Of a stretch of 64,000 nucleotides of DNA, positions 24,800-37,439 are shown in pieces; position 1 is the stretch's first letter, and each line of letters begins with the position of its first letter. This DNA is from Lama guanicoe. Taxonomy: Eukaryota. The stretch spans positions 2,920,151-2,984,150 of the forward strand of contig MU054001.1 of the NCBI GenBank assembly GCA_013239625.1, given 5' to 3'. The notes beneath the pieces were generated by a model. It did no database searches. It worked only from the letters and a program-made list of their open reading frames with translations, and had not been told where the DNA came from. Both the position numbers and the translations under genes were made by a program.

Positions 24800-25750
24800 C
24801 CCAATCTAATTTGCATAACTCCAAGACAGAATTTGCAGGTGGAAGAGTGTACGGTGCCCCAGACAAAGTGGTTCAGTTTGCATTGAACCCACCAGCTTAT
24901 TTTCCCATTGACTGTGTCGGCACGTTTCAGAAGACTTCATTTCTGCTGCTTCCTTTCCAAAAGGAGGAAGATATAAATCACAGGCGCAGAAGTAACTAGC
25001 AGTTGTGACATTTTGTTACAGAGTTTAATTACATGAATCATAAAATATTGCTACAATTTTCCAAACTGTTAAACCTTAATTAATATGAACCCACAGGGAC
25101 CACCTTGATCGTTCTAAATATTCTGAATCACAACTCCTACAGTAGTGCTTCCATCCGCCTGAAGTGCTTTGTAATTTGCAAAAAGTGATTAATTACTAGA
25201 AATGAAACCAGACAAATTAATTTAATATAAATGAGGCTGTACATGATTTGATTAATTCTTTTTAATTACCTATATGTTATTTTTTCAATAGCTGAACAAA
25301 GGACTCCATTCTTCTCCCGCATGTTCATATTCATTAATCTCATTAGCACAGAGTATTAATATAATTTTATCGCACATTCCAGAAGTACGGCACATTGACA
25401 AACCATAATGAATCGCAGCATTAGTGTCCTATCACTACATTAATTTCAAGACATGCCTGGCTCATCTGCAATTTTCTTTGCGACTTACTTTAAAATGAGC
25501 TGAATAAGCGTGTAATTATGACATCTGCTTCTTTTCAGGTACCTCCTTTGTAAATCAGTGACAAAGGAATAGCAGGTTTAAATATGTGTTAACACTTGGA
25601 TAGCATGTATAATTGCAATATGGCGATGTGTAATGAAGATTAAATTAGACCGTACTATACCTGACATATGCAAGAACATAATTGAACCATTGTCATTGTT
25701 ATAGTAGAAGCAGCTGCAAAATACTAACATTTGAATTGAGGAAAATGAAA
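24800..25750. promoter_or_regulatory. Strong candidate highly conserved developmental enhancer
   Basis: ~950 bp free of obvious repeats, high-complexity AT-rich, very dense TAAT/TAATTA; TGATTAAT at 25186-25193 and 25249-25256, GTAAATCA at 25550-25557; CpGs retained. Confidence 0.6.
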
Positions 25751-26884
25751 CCAAGCTGGAAAGGAAGGTGAAGAGGATAGTCTCAGCGAGTCACCAAGAA
25801 AAGAATCATATCAAGACAGGATGCTGCAGACTCTAGGATTTCAGACTCTTTGTGGCTGATAACAGTTGGTCATGAATTTCATGAAATTTTCCAGAAGGGT
25901 CCATTTCGGATGTCGCAGGGGCATGACCTCACACTGCATATCTTGTAGGCTCAGCACTTCTGCTCCGGGCCATGGGGTGGGCACCCAGCCCAATGTTCCC
26001 ATCTTGAGCCGCAGGCAGGAAACTGGAATTCTGGGATTGAAATGTAGACTATCTGCATGGTTAACCCTAGATTTTCCTGAGTGAGACATCTAGGATGACA
26101 AAAAGATTTGCAAGTGCTTGGGAATCAAAGCAACCCTGGAACTGACCTGCAGGGGAAACCTATGCGGAAAGGATTTAGAGATCTGCCGTCATCAGAGGCC
26201 CGTGTAAAGTTGGGATAGAGAACAAAATCATGTCTTCTATCCCAGATTCCCCCCCACCTTTCTTGAAAGCAAACTTTTAGGGCAGCCTTTAGGATTTACT
26301 CAGTTTTGGGCAGAGGGTTGTCACATGCCACATTTACCATGTACCTCATGTATTCCTGGGCATGGTGGGGTGGGGGTGGGGCTCATTTGATCATGTCTGT
26401 GGTTTTTCTCTCTTGGAAACCTGTGAGTGCTTGAGCATGGAACTTGACAGGAGCCCAAAATTATTGCTTTTGAGTTTAACAAATGCTCCAAAGGAATCTG
26501 GGGCTCTATCTCAAAACAATTTAAGGAATTGGCTTTCTCAACAAACTCCTTGTGCCAGCCTTTCTAAGTTGATGGTGAGGGACTGTGCAAAGACACTGGA
26601 AGGAAATAAAAGGAACACTGCTTCATCTGAAGATGCTCCCAGTGAAAGGCTGACACAGGGGCTTCCTGGCAGAGTTGACAAGAGGAAGTGGGGAGATTAC
26701 TTTTATGGGTTAAGATGTTCAACTACTCAAAGTAGCTTCACATTAGCTACTTTGTAGCAGGGACTGACTTATTTATTTAGCATCTAAAAATACCTTCTGG
26801 GAGACAATGCAGTATTTATAAAATAATTGTGATAGAACCATTAAATGTTGGACTTTGAAGGCAACTTAAAGATCATCTATTTTG

Positions 26885-27032
26885 AATTGTGATTTCAGAA
26901 ATCAACCATGGCAGGATCATCTGGCTGGTTTGTTAAAACATAGGTTCCTAGGTCCCACCCCTGGGCTCAGGGATCAGAAATTCTAGAAATGCCATTTGGG
27001 GAATCTACATGTCTACAAAGCTCCTGGTGATT
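26885..27032. mobile_element. MER5-type MITE interrupted by L1 (resumes at 27785-27805)
   Basis: TTGTTAAAACATAGGTTCCTAGGTCCCACCCC...AAAGCTCCTGGTGATT, then ...GGTGATTCTTAATACAC after the L1. Confidence 0.7.
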
Positions 27033-27784
27033 TTGTTGTTGTTTGTTGTTGTTGTTGTTGTTAGTTATCAAATAGGGAATTTATTTTTTAATTTTTTTTA
27101 ATTTTAATTTTTACAATATTGTGTTAGTTTTGGGTTACAGCAAAGTGATTCAGTTATACATGTATATATATTCTTTTTTCACATTGTTTTTCATTATAGG
27201 TTATTATAAGATATTGAATATAGCTCAGTAGAACCTTGCTATTTATCTATTTTATGTATAATAGTTTGTATCTGCTAATCCCAAACTCCTAATTTAACTT
27301 CCTCCCCCACCTTTCTATCCCTTTTGGTAACCATAAGTTTGTTTTCTATGTCTGTGAGTCTATTTCTGTATTGTAAATAAGTTCATTTGTATCATATTTT
27401 AGATTCCACTTATAAATGATATCATATATTTGTCTTTCTCTGTCTGACTTACTTCACTTAGTTTGGTAATCTCTAGGTCCAGGCATGTTGCTGCAAATGG
27501 CATTATATCATTCTTTTTATGGCTGAGCAGTATTCCATTGCATAAATATGCCACATCTTCTTTATCCATTCATCTGTCGATGAACATGTAGGTTGCTTCC
27601 ATGTCTTGGCTATTGTAAATTGTATTGCTGTGTACATTGGGATGCATGTGTCTTTTTTAATTAGAGTTTCCTTTGGATATATACCCAGGAGTGGGATTGC
27701 TGGATCATGTGGTGACTCTAGTTTTAGTTTTTTAATGAACCTTCATGCTGTTCTCATTAGTGATTGCACCAATTTACATTCCCA
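27033..27784 (-). mobile_element. Cetartiodactyl-type L1, 5'-truncated, with TSD
   Basis: Antisense ORF2 end and 3' UTR (GGATATATACCCAGGAGTGGGATTGCTGGATCATG); TSD TCCTGGTGATT at 27022-27032 and 27785-27795. Confidence 0.92.
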
Positions 27785-28857
27785 TCCTGGTGATTCTTAA
27801 TACACAATTCCTTATCTAATCTAGCCACCTCAGAGGAGGAAAGAAAGACCCTAAGAAAAGAAGGGCACAGTGACAGAGCAGGGACAAGAGCCCAAGTGGC
27901 CCCTCGCCTCTGGTGCTGAGTGTGCCCGGGAGAGGAAGAGCAGGATCTGGCTTTCGGCAGTCAGAGGGCACCTGCACCAGTATCACCTGGTCCATTGAGT
28001 TTGTACTTCACCAGATTTGGCAAACAGTTGTTACAATGCTACCTGACTCTGTCCACTGAGCTGGGTAGGCCTGTCACACACTCAGGAGTTCAGAGCATCT
28101 GTGTTCCTCAGTAGAGATCGGTCTTGGGAGAATTTCCACAAAGTTTTGGAACAAGGAAGAAAATTATGACTTTGAACTGGCAGTGAAAGCTATTTCAATG
28201 TCAACTTTTCCCCCCACCCATCCTTTTATTTCTTCATATATCCATTCATCTTATAACCCTTATCAAGCTCATCCCGTGTGCTGGGCACTAAGCACCTAGA
28301 ATACAACAGTGAGCAAGATAGAAACAGTGTCTGTCCCCATTAAGAATCACTTAGATCTGACCTGTTTGGCTCCCAAAGGTGATGTGAAATAAGACAATCC
28401 TGCTAACTGGTTGTTTCTCCTCTTTTCTGTGCTCATGTTTGTGTGCGCCTAGACTTCCTGGTATATATAGAGGATCGTTCGGGGATATTCATTCTTTTCT
28501 CATTCCCTTCCCTCTCACTTTCCCCCTTAACGTGAGTGACTGAGAAATCATCTTGTAGGACAAGTCTGAATAATTGATCCTGTGCTTTCTAAATGCTCTC
28601 CACTTCCTCTTGTCAGCTCTGCCAGGAAGCCCCTGTGTCAGCCTTTCACTGCGAGCATCTTTAAACAAAGCAGTGTTCCTTTCATCTCCTTTCAGTTCCT
28701 CTTCACATTTCCTTTCCTGCTACTGACATGATCCCTGTTTTAAAAGATGTACACCACTTATTGTTTAAATATTAAACAGTTGATGGCAAGCTAAGTACAA
28801 CATTTAGAACGACACAGTTTTTATTCCATATTAGCACTTTTTGTTTGAAAGAAGCCC

Positions 28858-29283
28858 TGTTCTAGAATCTTTAGTTCCTTAGGGGTTGAAAGAAGTAAGC
28901 CAGCACACATTTAAGAAGGGTATGAGCTGAGTGAGAGAGAGACTGTATCAACTAGCACAGGTGAGGCTGAGCTGCAGTGACGAATGATACAGAAGTCTGA
29001 GTGACAGCAAACCACAAAGACTCTGTCCCCCATGGATAGAGCAGCCTCCATCTTGAGAGCTGCTCTCCCCACCCAGAGGCTGAGAGCGAGCTCTGACCCA
29101 TCTGAGACCATAAATTAAAACTCCATTACAGATGGGGTCCATGTCACTTCTACTCACAACTCACTGGCCAGAGTTAGTCCAATGGCCCCACCTAAACACG
29201 AGGGGCCAGGAAGGGCCATCTTACCACTTGCCTGGAGGGAGCTGGATGGAGAGACTCGACAGGGAGCACTAATGACTAGCGCA
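28858..29283 (-). mobile_element. MLT1K-like MaLR LTR
   Basis: CATGTCACTTCTACTCACAACTCACTGGCCAGAGTTAGTCCAATGGCCCCACCTAA...GAGCACTAATGACTAGCGCA. Confidence 0.7.
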
Positions 29284-30104
29284 GAGGGTCATCAAAGGTT
29301 ATCAACCTTGTTGAGGTTTCCAGTCTGCTTGCTAGAATGAGGCTCCACATTGGGTAAAACAAGTAGCCCCAACCTGAATTTCTTTGCCCCAAAATTGAGC
29401 ACCTCACCTAACCAAATAAAGTTACTTGGCTGACCTATTTCCTTTCCTTGAGCAAAAGTGGAGTTTCTTGGAAAGATGCAGGGAAAAGGCAGGTCCATGA
29501 TGTTCCTGACTATGAGTCATAGTGAGGATATAAGGCAGTGAGTTCCCAATTGGCTTTAAATCATTTCTTCTTGTGTATGAAAAACAGAGAGAGACCTGTC
29601 TTTGATATGGGACACCTCTTGCATGATGACTAGTCTTGTCTTGCAGATTTAGGTGACAAATCAGCAGGTCAAATAACATAAAAATGGTACTCTGGAGCAG
29701 ATGAATAGTTTTTTTTCTCTCTCTCTTTCTCTTTGGAACTATAAAAGTTCTTTTGAAACCACAGGGTTCTCTAAACAAGGCATCCCCTGACAGCAGGAGC
29801 TATTTCTGCCCAGAAGAGGAAAGGTTAACATTCTTCATAATAATGGGTTTCACCCTCATGACAAGGCTGAAGCCTGCAATTGTTTTCCATCTCCTCTGGG
29901 CTCGCTATCTAAAAGTCATGGTGGTGGGAGGGAGCCAGTGGGAAACCACCGCTAAGCAGGAAGCCAGAGCTGCTGGCCTGAGCTTGGGTGTGCTCAATTC
30001 GAAAGGTCTGTGATGTCACTCTAATAGATGTTTCACTGTACACTTGCTAGTCTTAATATTTAAATCCCCTGAATTCCTATCTAATTAAGATGAAAAAGGA
30101 GATG

Positions 30105-30365
30105 CTGGGATCTCAAATGCTGTGAAATGAGCCAAACGAAAAAAGAATACCCAGAGTTGTATTCTACTCCTATGAAATGCAAAAACAGGCAAAACTGATG
30201 GAGGTCAGAATAGCAGTCACCTTTGAGGAGAAGGTGGGGTCACACAGGAGCCCGCTGGGGTGCTGAGATGGTCCCTGTCTTCATCTGGGTGGGGATGATG
30301 TGAGTATAAAATACGTGAGGATACAGATATACATTATACTTCAATTGAAAAATGAAAGAAAACTG
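30105..30365 (+). mobile_element. L1ME/L1MC-type 3' UTR fragment
   Basis: AAAACAGGCAAAACTGATGGAGGTCAGAATAGCAGTCACCTTTG. Confidence 0.7.
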
Positions 30366-30749
30366 AAAAAAAGTATGCTGGTCTACCTAAATAATCTTTT
30401 CATTTAATCTATGGGAAACACATAGACACACAGGGGTGTGTGTGTATGTGTGTGTGCGCGCGCATACCTTAATTAGCTATGTGGCCTGAAGATTTAGTAA
30501 TGTAACAAATTACTTGCTCAATTTTCTTGACTGTAAAATGATAATAATAATAATAATATCTGCTCATAGGATCATTGAGATAGTCTAAGAAATAAGGGTA
30601 AGTGGAAGAATAAGGTATATATATATATATATATGTATGTGTCAAGTATATGAATGTGTGTGCACACACTTTTTTTGTGGATGGATGCACACATTTATGT
30701 GTATGCACACACACGTTTCTTATATGGAAGGAGGGAAAGCATATTTACT

Positions 30750-31300
30750 GTTTGCCCATTCATTCCATTCACTCATTTATCCAACAAAAACATACGGAAA
30801 ACCCACTCTGCTAGGTGCTGTTTCATAGACTGGTTATAGAGAGGATAAAGCAAGAGGATGAACAGATGAAACAATAGATGTTTTCTGTGTGAAGAACAGG
30901 CGAGAGGAGCTGGAAGAACTACTGGTGAGAGTGGGCAGAGCTAATGTGAGTGATGGAGTCAGAGGAGGATGGAGTCAGAGGAGGATGAAGTCTCTGAGGA
31001 GGTGACCTGGAGCTGAGACTTGGAGGATAGAAGGAGCCTGGGGAGAACCTGGAAAAGACTAGGCAGAGGGAATAGCAAGTGTGGAGCCCCAAGATGGGGA
31101 GAGAACAGGAGGTACGAGAATCAGAACTGGGGCCAGGGGGGAAGAGAGTGGAATCAAATGAGGTTAGAGTAACCAGGAGAAGCCCGTGCACGGCCTTGAA
31201 GGCCAAGGGAAGAAGTTTAAGTTCATTCTAAGTCCACCTGAAAACAATTTGAAGGTCTTGAAGATCTTATTTTGGTTTTTAAAAATATCACTCTGCCTCA
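30750..31300 (-). mobile_element. L2 LINE fragment
   Basis: CATTCATTCCATTCACTCATTTATCCAAC...GGCAGAGGGAATAGCAAGTGTGGAGCCCC...GGCCTTGAAGGCCA. Confidence 0.75.
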
Positions 31301-32489
31301 GAGAATTGTTTTAAATATATTAAATTGCTTTAAATGTATTATCTCTATAACATGTTAGACTTTTATGCCTTTAAGTTGGTAGAACTGGAACTCTTTCGGG
31401 AGAAAGAACTGAATTTATATGCAAAAAAAAAATCTTGGTAACTGGAATAGGATAGGAAAGGTAATAGATGTGTTATCAAGGGTCAAGCTGACCACAGGGC
31501 AGCCTAGTTTACATTTGTATTTGAGAAGAGGGTTCTTCCTGTGCTCCTGAGGAGGGGCAGAGAGACATAGAAGCCGGTGAGATGGTGTGAAGTGACCAAT
31601 GAAAAATATGTGATGTGGGGGCAGTTAGAAGTTTCAGGAATGGAAATGTTTAATGCTTAATATAAAGTGTGGTTTATTGTGATATAAATACCTTCTCTCC
31701 CACCCCCACAACCCAACATTCAGAAAAGTATGCTATTCTCATGAATGTTTGCATGACTTGGAAGTTTGTGGAATTTAAGAAGAGGCTGATATTCACACTG
31801 GGGTGACATGGTCTGGAATCAAGTACGGTCCATGGACCAAAAGTGGCCAGGAGACTGTAAGTCCTCAGTACCCTCAGGGAATCTCAGCAGTTGTGATGAA
31901 GGCGTCAGCACAGAACAGAAGATGTAGCAATCTGATCTTAAAGGGTCCAAAACACACCTAACACTTGGATTCCATCTCATGTTAGTGAAACTAATGAAAA
32001 ATATGCTTCTATTAACCGACCACCAAAAAACATTTTTTAGCATGTAGTTGAAGGTATCTTATCCAAGGCACCAAAACAATCAGATGCCTTTTCCAGAGTT
32101 CTCTTTCTATTATCAGAATTCCTGGGAAGCATGAGAGCGGTTACACTGGGCAAAGTGAGGAGTATGTTGTTACCCAAGCCGGGCTGAGCCCCTGTGATGG
32201 AGAAGCAAGAACAGAGACTGAATGTTTGTGCCCTGAGCCAGCATCTCTTCTAAAGACAGCTAGAGACACCCAGGCAGCTTCCAGCTTTCTGAGCTTCCTT
32301 GTTTCTGCTTCTCAAGCTGCCACCTCCTTCTGTTTATCAAGGTTTTTCTCCAGGCAGGATACAGTGCACTCAACTGGATTGGCATGTACGAAAGTATAAT
32401 CATAGTTTCCTACCTGCAGATTATATCTAGCTTATGCTGATTAGAGGCCCTGTGGTCCCACTCTGTCCATTTACCTTGAGAGGGATTTT

Positions 32490-32665
32490 TCAAGGCTCAA
32501 ACTCTGGGGTCAGACTTCTTGGCCCAGATTCCACTGCCTCTTACCAGCTGAATGACCTTGGCATGTTACAGGACTTTGCTCACTGCCTCAGTTTTCTCAT
32601 CTGGAACATGGGGATAATCAAAATAGCCACTTCATGGGGCTTTTGTAAAGATTATATCAAAATAT
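32490..32665 (+). mobile_element. MIR SINE followed by an AT-rich low-complexity tract
   Basis: CTCTGGGGTCAGAC...TTACCAGCTGAATGACCTTGGCATGTTAC...TGCCTCAGTTTTCTCATCTG. Confidence 0.8.
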
Positions 32666-34152
32666 ATATATAAATTTATAAATATCTTCAAAGTTATCTT
32701 ATATATAATGTATGCATATATATTACAACATATGTAATTACTGTATATTTATAAAATTAAAATAGCTACCTCATAAGGTTGTTCATTTATATATCTGTCT
32801 TCTAAGTGATTTTATACAATGTATGTATATACATTACAACATTTATAATCACTTAGTGTACATTAGATACATAATACATATCACCATACACATATATAGA
32901 TATATAATATATATATATACATGGACACATACATATTGCTTGGAAAGTTGTTGCCTGGGCAAATATTTTGTAAGTTTACACAATCAGTTATCATTACTTA
33001 CAGACCATATATATAGATGACTATAACAGAATGCAAATTATATACAATTTTTTTGTAACCGAAATTCAGAGAACAATCCCATTTCCCTCACTTTTGGTTT
33101 TGGAGGATTGGGGTGAAGAGTGTGTGAAAAAGAGTTGACTTCCAGTCTTGCCTTGCTCCTACACTCAGCAGAGATACATTCCAGAGTAAGAAAGGACAGA
33201 TACCAGAGGGAGGCTGCATTTTATCCACTGTCTAATGTGAAATACAGAACACTTCAACTCACTGAATGGGTACACGGAAATAAAAAAGAAATCCAAGGAA
33301 CTCACCAACATTCTAAAACTAGAATAAAGGGGAGAGAGAAGTGAGGAAAGCAAACACGGGCTGTGAGCTGGAATAGAAGGGCTGTGTGCGGGTGACTGGC
33401 GAACACTGCAGCTTATTGAGTGAGTTTAATAGGCTCTGGGGGGCCCCGAATTGGGGTTAGAACACAGTTTAAAAAGGGAGAGAAAATGAAACTCTGATAG
33501 ACTGTGTAGAGGGGATTATTCTTTGCTTCAAATTTTATTTGAAAGAACTGAAAGACAGGGTCCAGAAACCCTGGGCTTTGGCTGGTGAAAAAATAATCAA
33601 ATGAAACATTTATTTTCACTAATTTAAAAGAACTTCCATGACTCTGAGACTAAGAAATAGGCAAGCAACTGAGGCCCAAGGCAGCCTAGCCTGGGCAGGC
33701 TGGGCGTGGAAGGGCAATGAAGAGCAAAGAGAAAAGATGCCCCACCCCTATGCTGAGTGCCTCTGGAAGAAGTGTTAGCTGCTCCATGTAAGCAGAAAGG
33801 TAATTATTTCACTCGATGAGGCTCCCCCCAGGGGTAGATGAGGTTTCTCCAGAAAGGGATGGGCATTCCCACTGTCTACCACCCAGGTGAGAGGAAGGTC
33901 ATGACCCTGAGAATCCAAACCCATCAGCCAGGAAATCAGAAGGCCAGAGAATGCCTCTTGGTTCCATATTTCTTCTTGAGGAATCTACAGGGTCCTGAGG
34001 AGGCCTTAACGACATGCCTCTGCCACAAGAGCTATATTGGAGTCATCCTGTAAGTGACCCCAAGTGGAAGAGGACAGTGCATCTTATAAGCCAGTTAGCT
34101 AGTTTGAGGTTTCTCTCTGTTTTTTTCCTTTTCCACAACACCAACTGGTCAC

Positions 34153-34722
34153 TGTAATGGGCCACCAGATCCTCCATGGAGGTCACCTTCATGGGTTCAC
34201 AACCTGTGCAGGGTCAAGCATATAGAAGGGCCCCGTGTTCAGTTTAGTGCATGGGGTTACCATCTTGAAATTCTCAATAATATTGAACAGGGGCCTCCAT
34301 AGATTATGCAGCCAGTCCTGCCTCCCATTTTGGGACCAAGGCACTCATTTTCCCAACTGCCAGGAGTGTGGGCTAATGCAAGCTTGTAGCTGAGGCATTG
34401 CCCTTGTCTGAAGAGAGCCACCTTGCTCAGGGTTAAACCCTCTTCCCAGGGGCATGAAAATTACAGGGGAGATTAAGGGTACAAAGAGGTAGCCGCTTTG
34501 CTTGAACTGGGACGACTGGCAGGAGCCATGCTTGCTCTGGAGTTCCCCTTTAAGTGAGGCTAAACCTTTGTCCCAACTGCTGCACAGATCAACATCTCCC
34601 TCTGCTCAACTCTGCTTTGCTCACTGCCTTACGCACATCTTCCCAAGAGGCCTCCTGATAAACCTCATATATGCAAATCTCCATCTCAGGCTTCAGCTCC
34701 AGGGACCCAAAGCTAAAATACC
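34153..34722 (+). mobile_element. LTR16C-like ERVL solo LTR containing MER53
   Basis: TGTAATGG start; GGCACTCATTTTCCCAACTGCCAGGAGTGT; ATAAACCTCATATATGCAAATCTCCATCTCAG near the 3' end. Confidence 0.7.
34178..34320 (+). mobile_element. MER53 hAT MITE
   Basis: CTTCATGGG...AGAAGGGCCCCG...CATCTTGAAATTCTCAATAAT...TTATGCAGCCAGTCCTG; near-TSD TCCTCCAT / CCTCCCAT. Confidence 0.75.
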
Positions 34723-35271
34723 AAGTCAAAGCCTTTTGTGCCAAAGCCTTTTGGTAAAGACTTTCCTGCGTGTTCCACTCCCATGTCAGGGATGCTGTAG
34801 AGAGTCAGGACAGAGTCTTGGTCCACGTGTGGGCCAGGAAGCCAGCATGGTGGTAGCAGCAGTAATCAGTGAAATGTCCCCCAGGGTAGGGTAGAGAAAA
34901 TGGGGTCAGAGAGGTTAATGAATTGCACCCCCCCACCCCCAAGCCACACAGATGGTAAGAACCAGAACCTAAGCCAGGATTCAAACTTAGGCTTCCTGGC
35001 TCTTAATTAGATTCCTTTACAATAAATTGTCACACTTCTTAACCCCACAGGGAGCCTGGCGGTACTGATTTAGCGCTCCATGCAAAGGAGTTATGCGCAG
35101 TCTCTCCTTCTTTGAACTTTTCAAACACTTTGTTGGCAACTTGATGGTGGTGGCTCTTTGTATATTACTCCTTTATAACCTAGAAATCATCCTTCCCTTT
35201 GAGATTCAGGCAAAATTGGGTAATTTCCTAACCCATAGTTTATAAGGAACTCCAGATCCCTCCAAATATCT

Positions 35272-35445
35272 CTAGGGGTCTTCGAGGGTGAGCCAGCAGC
35301 ATTGGCTCACCCGAGGGCATCGGAAAGGCGGACTCTCAGGTCCCACCCCAGACCAGCTGAGTCAAACCCAGGACATGGAGTCCAGCAGTGTTTCAATAAG
35401 CCTTCCTGGGGACTCTGCCATGCTAAAGTCTCACTGCTCCAGGGA
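35272..35445. mobile_element. MER5A-like MITE
   Basis: CCAGCAGCAT...CTCTCAGGTCCCACCCCAGACCAGCTGAGTCA...TTTCAATAAGCCTTCCTGGGGACTCTG. Confidence 0.7.
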
Positions 35446-36717
35446 GCTACCTTGGGAACTTGCCCAGTCACACCTGACTCTGAGTTTCTGCATCTGCTTG
35501 ACGTCTGTCTCTCACATCCCCCCTCTGATAGCTATTCCCCATGTCTTCTTTTTTTTTGCAAAACCCAACCTAGAAACTCAACCCTATTTTTTTGATTTCT
35601 TCAAAATGCCATTTTATACAATACCATTGAATGTAGCACCTTTGACCAAAACAGGGTAAATACTGTGGGGGAAAATGGGGGAGAAGGTTACCTCATAACA
35701 CACCCCGATAAAAGCTAAAGTTCACTCTTAGGTGTTTCAGCCCCTCAGAGTTCCTCAGCCACAGAGGATTTTCTCTGGTGCCTCTTTCATTCCCATCTTC
35801 CTGCCAGGTTCCTCTCTCCTCACTCTTGAGCCTTCTCTTTTCTCTCTCTCTCTCTCTTTTTTTGCTAGTCTTCTTCCTTCACTCCTTTTCCTCTTTGTTT
35901 TTTCCAGACCTATCTTCATCTCACCCAAGGGTTATCTTTTCACCAGGGAAGTCCGTCAAGAGATCAGTGACTCCAGGAGCCTTGAGTCCTGGGGCACTCA
36001 GTTCCTACTTGTCTTCTAGCACCAACCAGACTGCGTCTTTCTGCCACCCATGTACCCAGGGCAGGTGCTGCCACTTAGGTGACCAGTAAATACTCATCAA
36101 CTTGGGTGACCTGGACCGAATGCTTCTGGGAATGGCTTCAAGCTTTGAAGCTTTCTGAGGCCAAGGTTTTAGCCAAATGGCCCCTCGGGCTCTCTGGCAC
36201 CTGCTGGGCTGCAGAACTTGAGACTATCCCGATCATGGAGATTCGAGTCACCTCCTCTGAGCAGGAAGAGTTGAGAACCAAACTGAATCAGCATGGCCAG
36301 CCTTGGCCAAATTGTGATGGAGACACGTTAAGACTTTTCAGTCCTTTCTTGCCCTTTTTCTCTACCCTGCTTCTCCATAATTCCACTCCAACTGCCTTTG
36401 TCTTGGTTCTCTGGGCTCTCATCCACTCCTATGAATCAGAGGTTCCCCCTCTTCTGGGGCTCTCTCACTTAAGAGGAAAACATTAAAACTCTTCCCACCG
36501 ACCGCCCTAACTCCAGCTGCTTGGTGAGGAGCTGATCTGATGAAACTAGTCCGTGCTATGCGGCTCAGACTGATAAGAGGTTAAATAGGAGCCCTCCGGG
36601 AGACCTCTTTGTTTTAAACCAGGCCTTCAGAGTCTTCCATGTAAGGCCTTTGCTGGCTCATGGGGGCTTTGGGGGGTCACACCGACCTCGTGCTCACTCT
36701 TTATTCAAGTGCTTTCA

Positions 36718-36950
36718 TTGGCAGTCAGTACAGCATAGAGATGAAGTTTTCAGGCTCAGAGCTGGATTTGAACTCTGATTCTACCTCCTGCTAACTGTGC
36801 AAACTTGGATAAATCCCTTCATCTCTCTGTAGCTCAGTTTTCTCACCTATGACATGGATATAATAATGATATGTGACTAAAGCATACATTCATGCAAGAA
36901 ATTTGGGAGTCAGTGAAGAGCTTAAGAGCCTAATAAGCTTTCATTAATGT
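36718..36950 (+). mobile_element. MIR SINE
   Basis: CTAACTGTGCAAACTTGGATAAATCCCTTCATCTCTCTGTAGCTCAGTTTTCTCACCTAT. Confidence 0.7.
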
Positions 36951-37439
36951 CATGTGCACCTATGGCCCTGTTTACCAAGGTCAGTGCTGCCGTGACCACA
37001 GGAATTCAGTAGTTGCTCTGGAATATAGTCCCATCCAAGATTATGCAATGCAGCTGAAGCAACTTCATGCTGTTCTAGAAAGCAAAGGGGAAATCTCGGT
37101 TCTGTGTGTTAGGTGCCTGGTTTGGATAAGGCCGGCTTTATTCCATCCTCCCAAGCCCGGCTGCTGGGCCCAGCCGTGCCGCTGCCCTCTTCGTTCCCCG
37201 CTGCAACCTGTCTTCCTGCCTCTTACTGCCCTGCGGGAGTCTTTCCCACAGCCCTGCTGGGATGCGCAGAGTGACACAAGGCATCAGTTGAGAAATGAGT
37301 GGTTAGTAGTGATGACAACCCAAAACCACAATGCTGTCAAGAAGCCCTCCCTGGGGGGACCTATGGGAGCCAGAGAGAAGCCCCACAGGCTCCCTCTAAT
37401 TTGTACCACACCAGGGAAGGGCCGAGTGGCTCCCACGTG

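Noticed and set aside
25520..25545. Splice acceptor-like CTTCTTTTCAG|G suggesting an exon
   Set aside because: Isolated signal with no open frame or convincing downstream donor; a lncRNA exon cannot be excluded without RNA-seq.
27606..27800. ORFs overlapping L1 copies (also 2865-3152, 60101-60466, 63610-63880)
   Set aside because: Antisense or 3' UTR reading frames of L1; common spurious ORFs.
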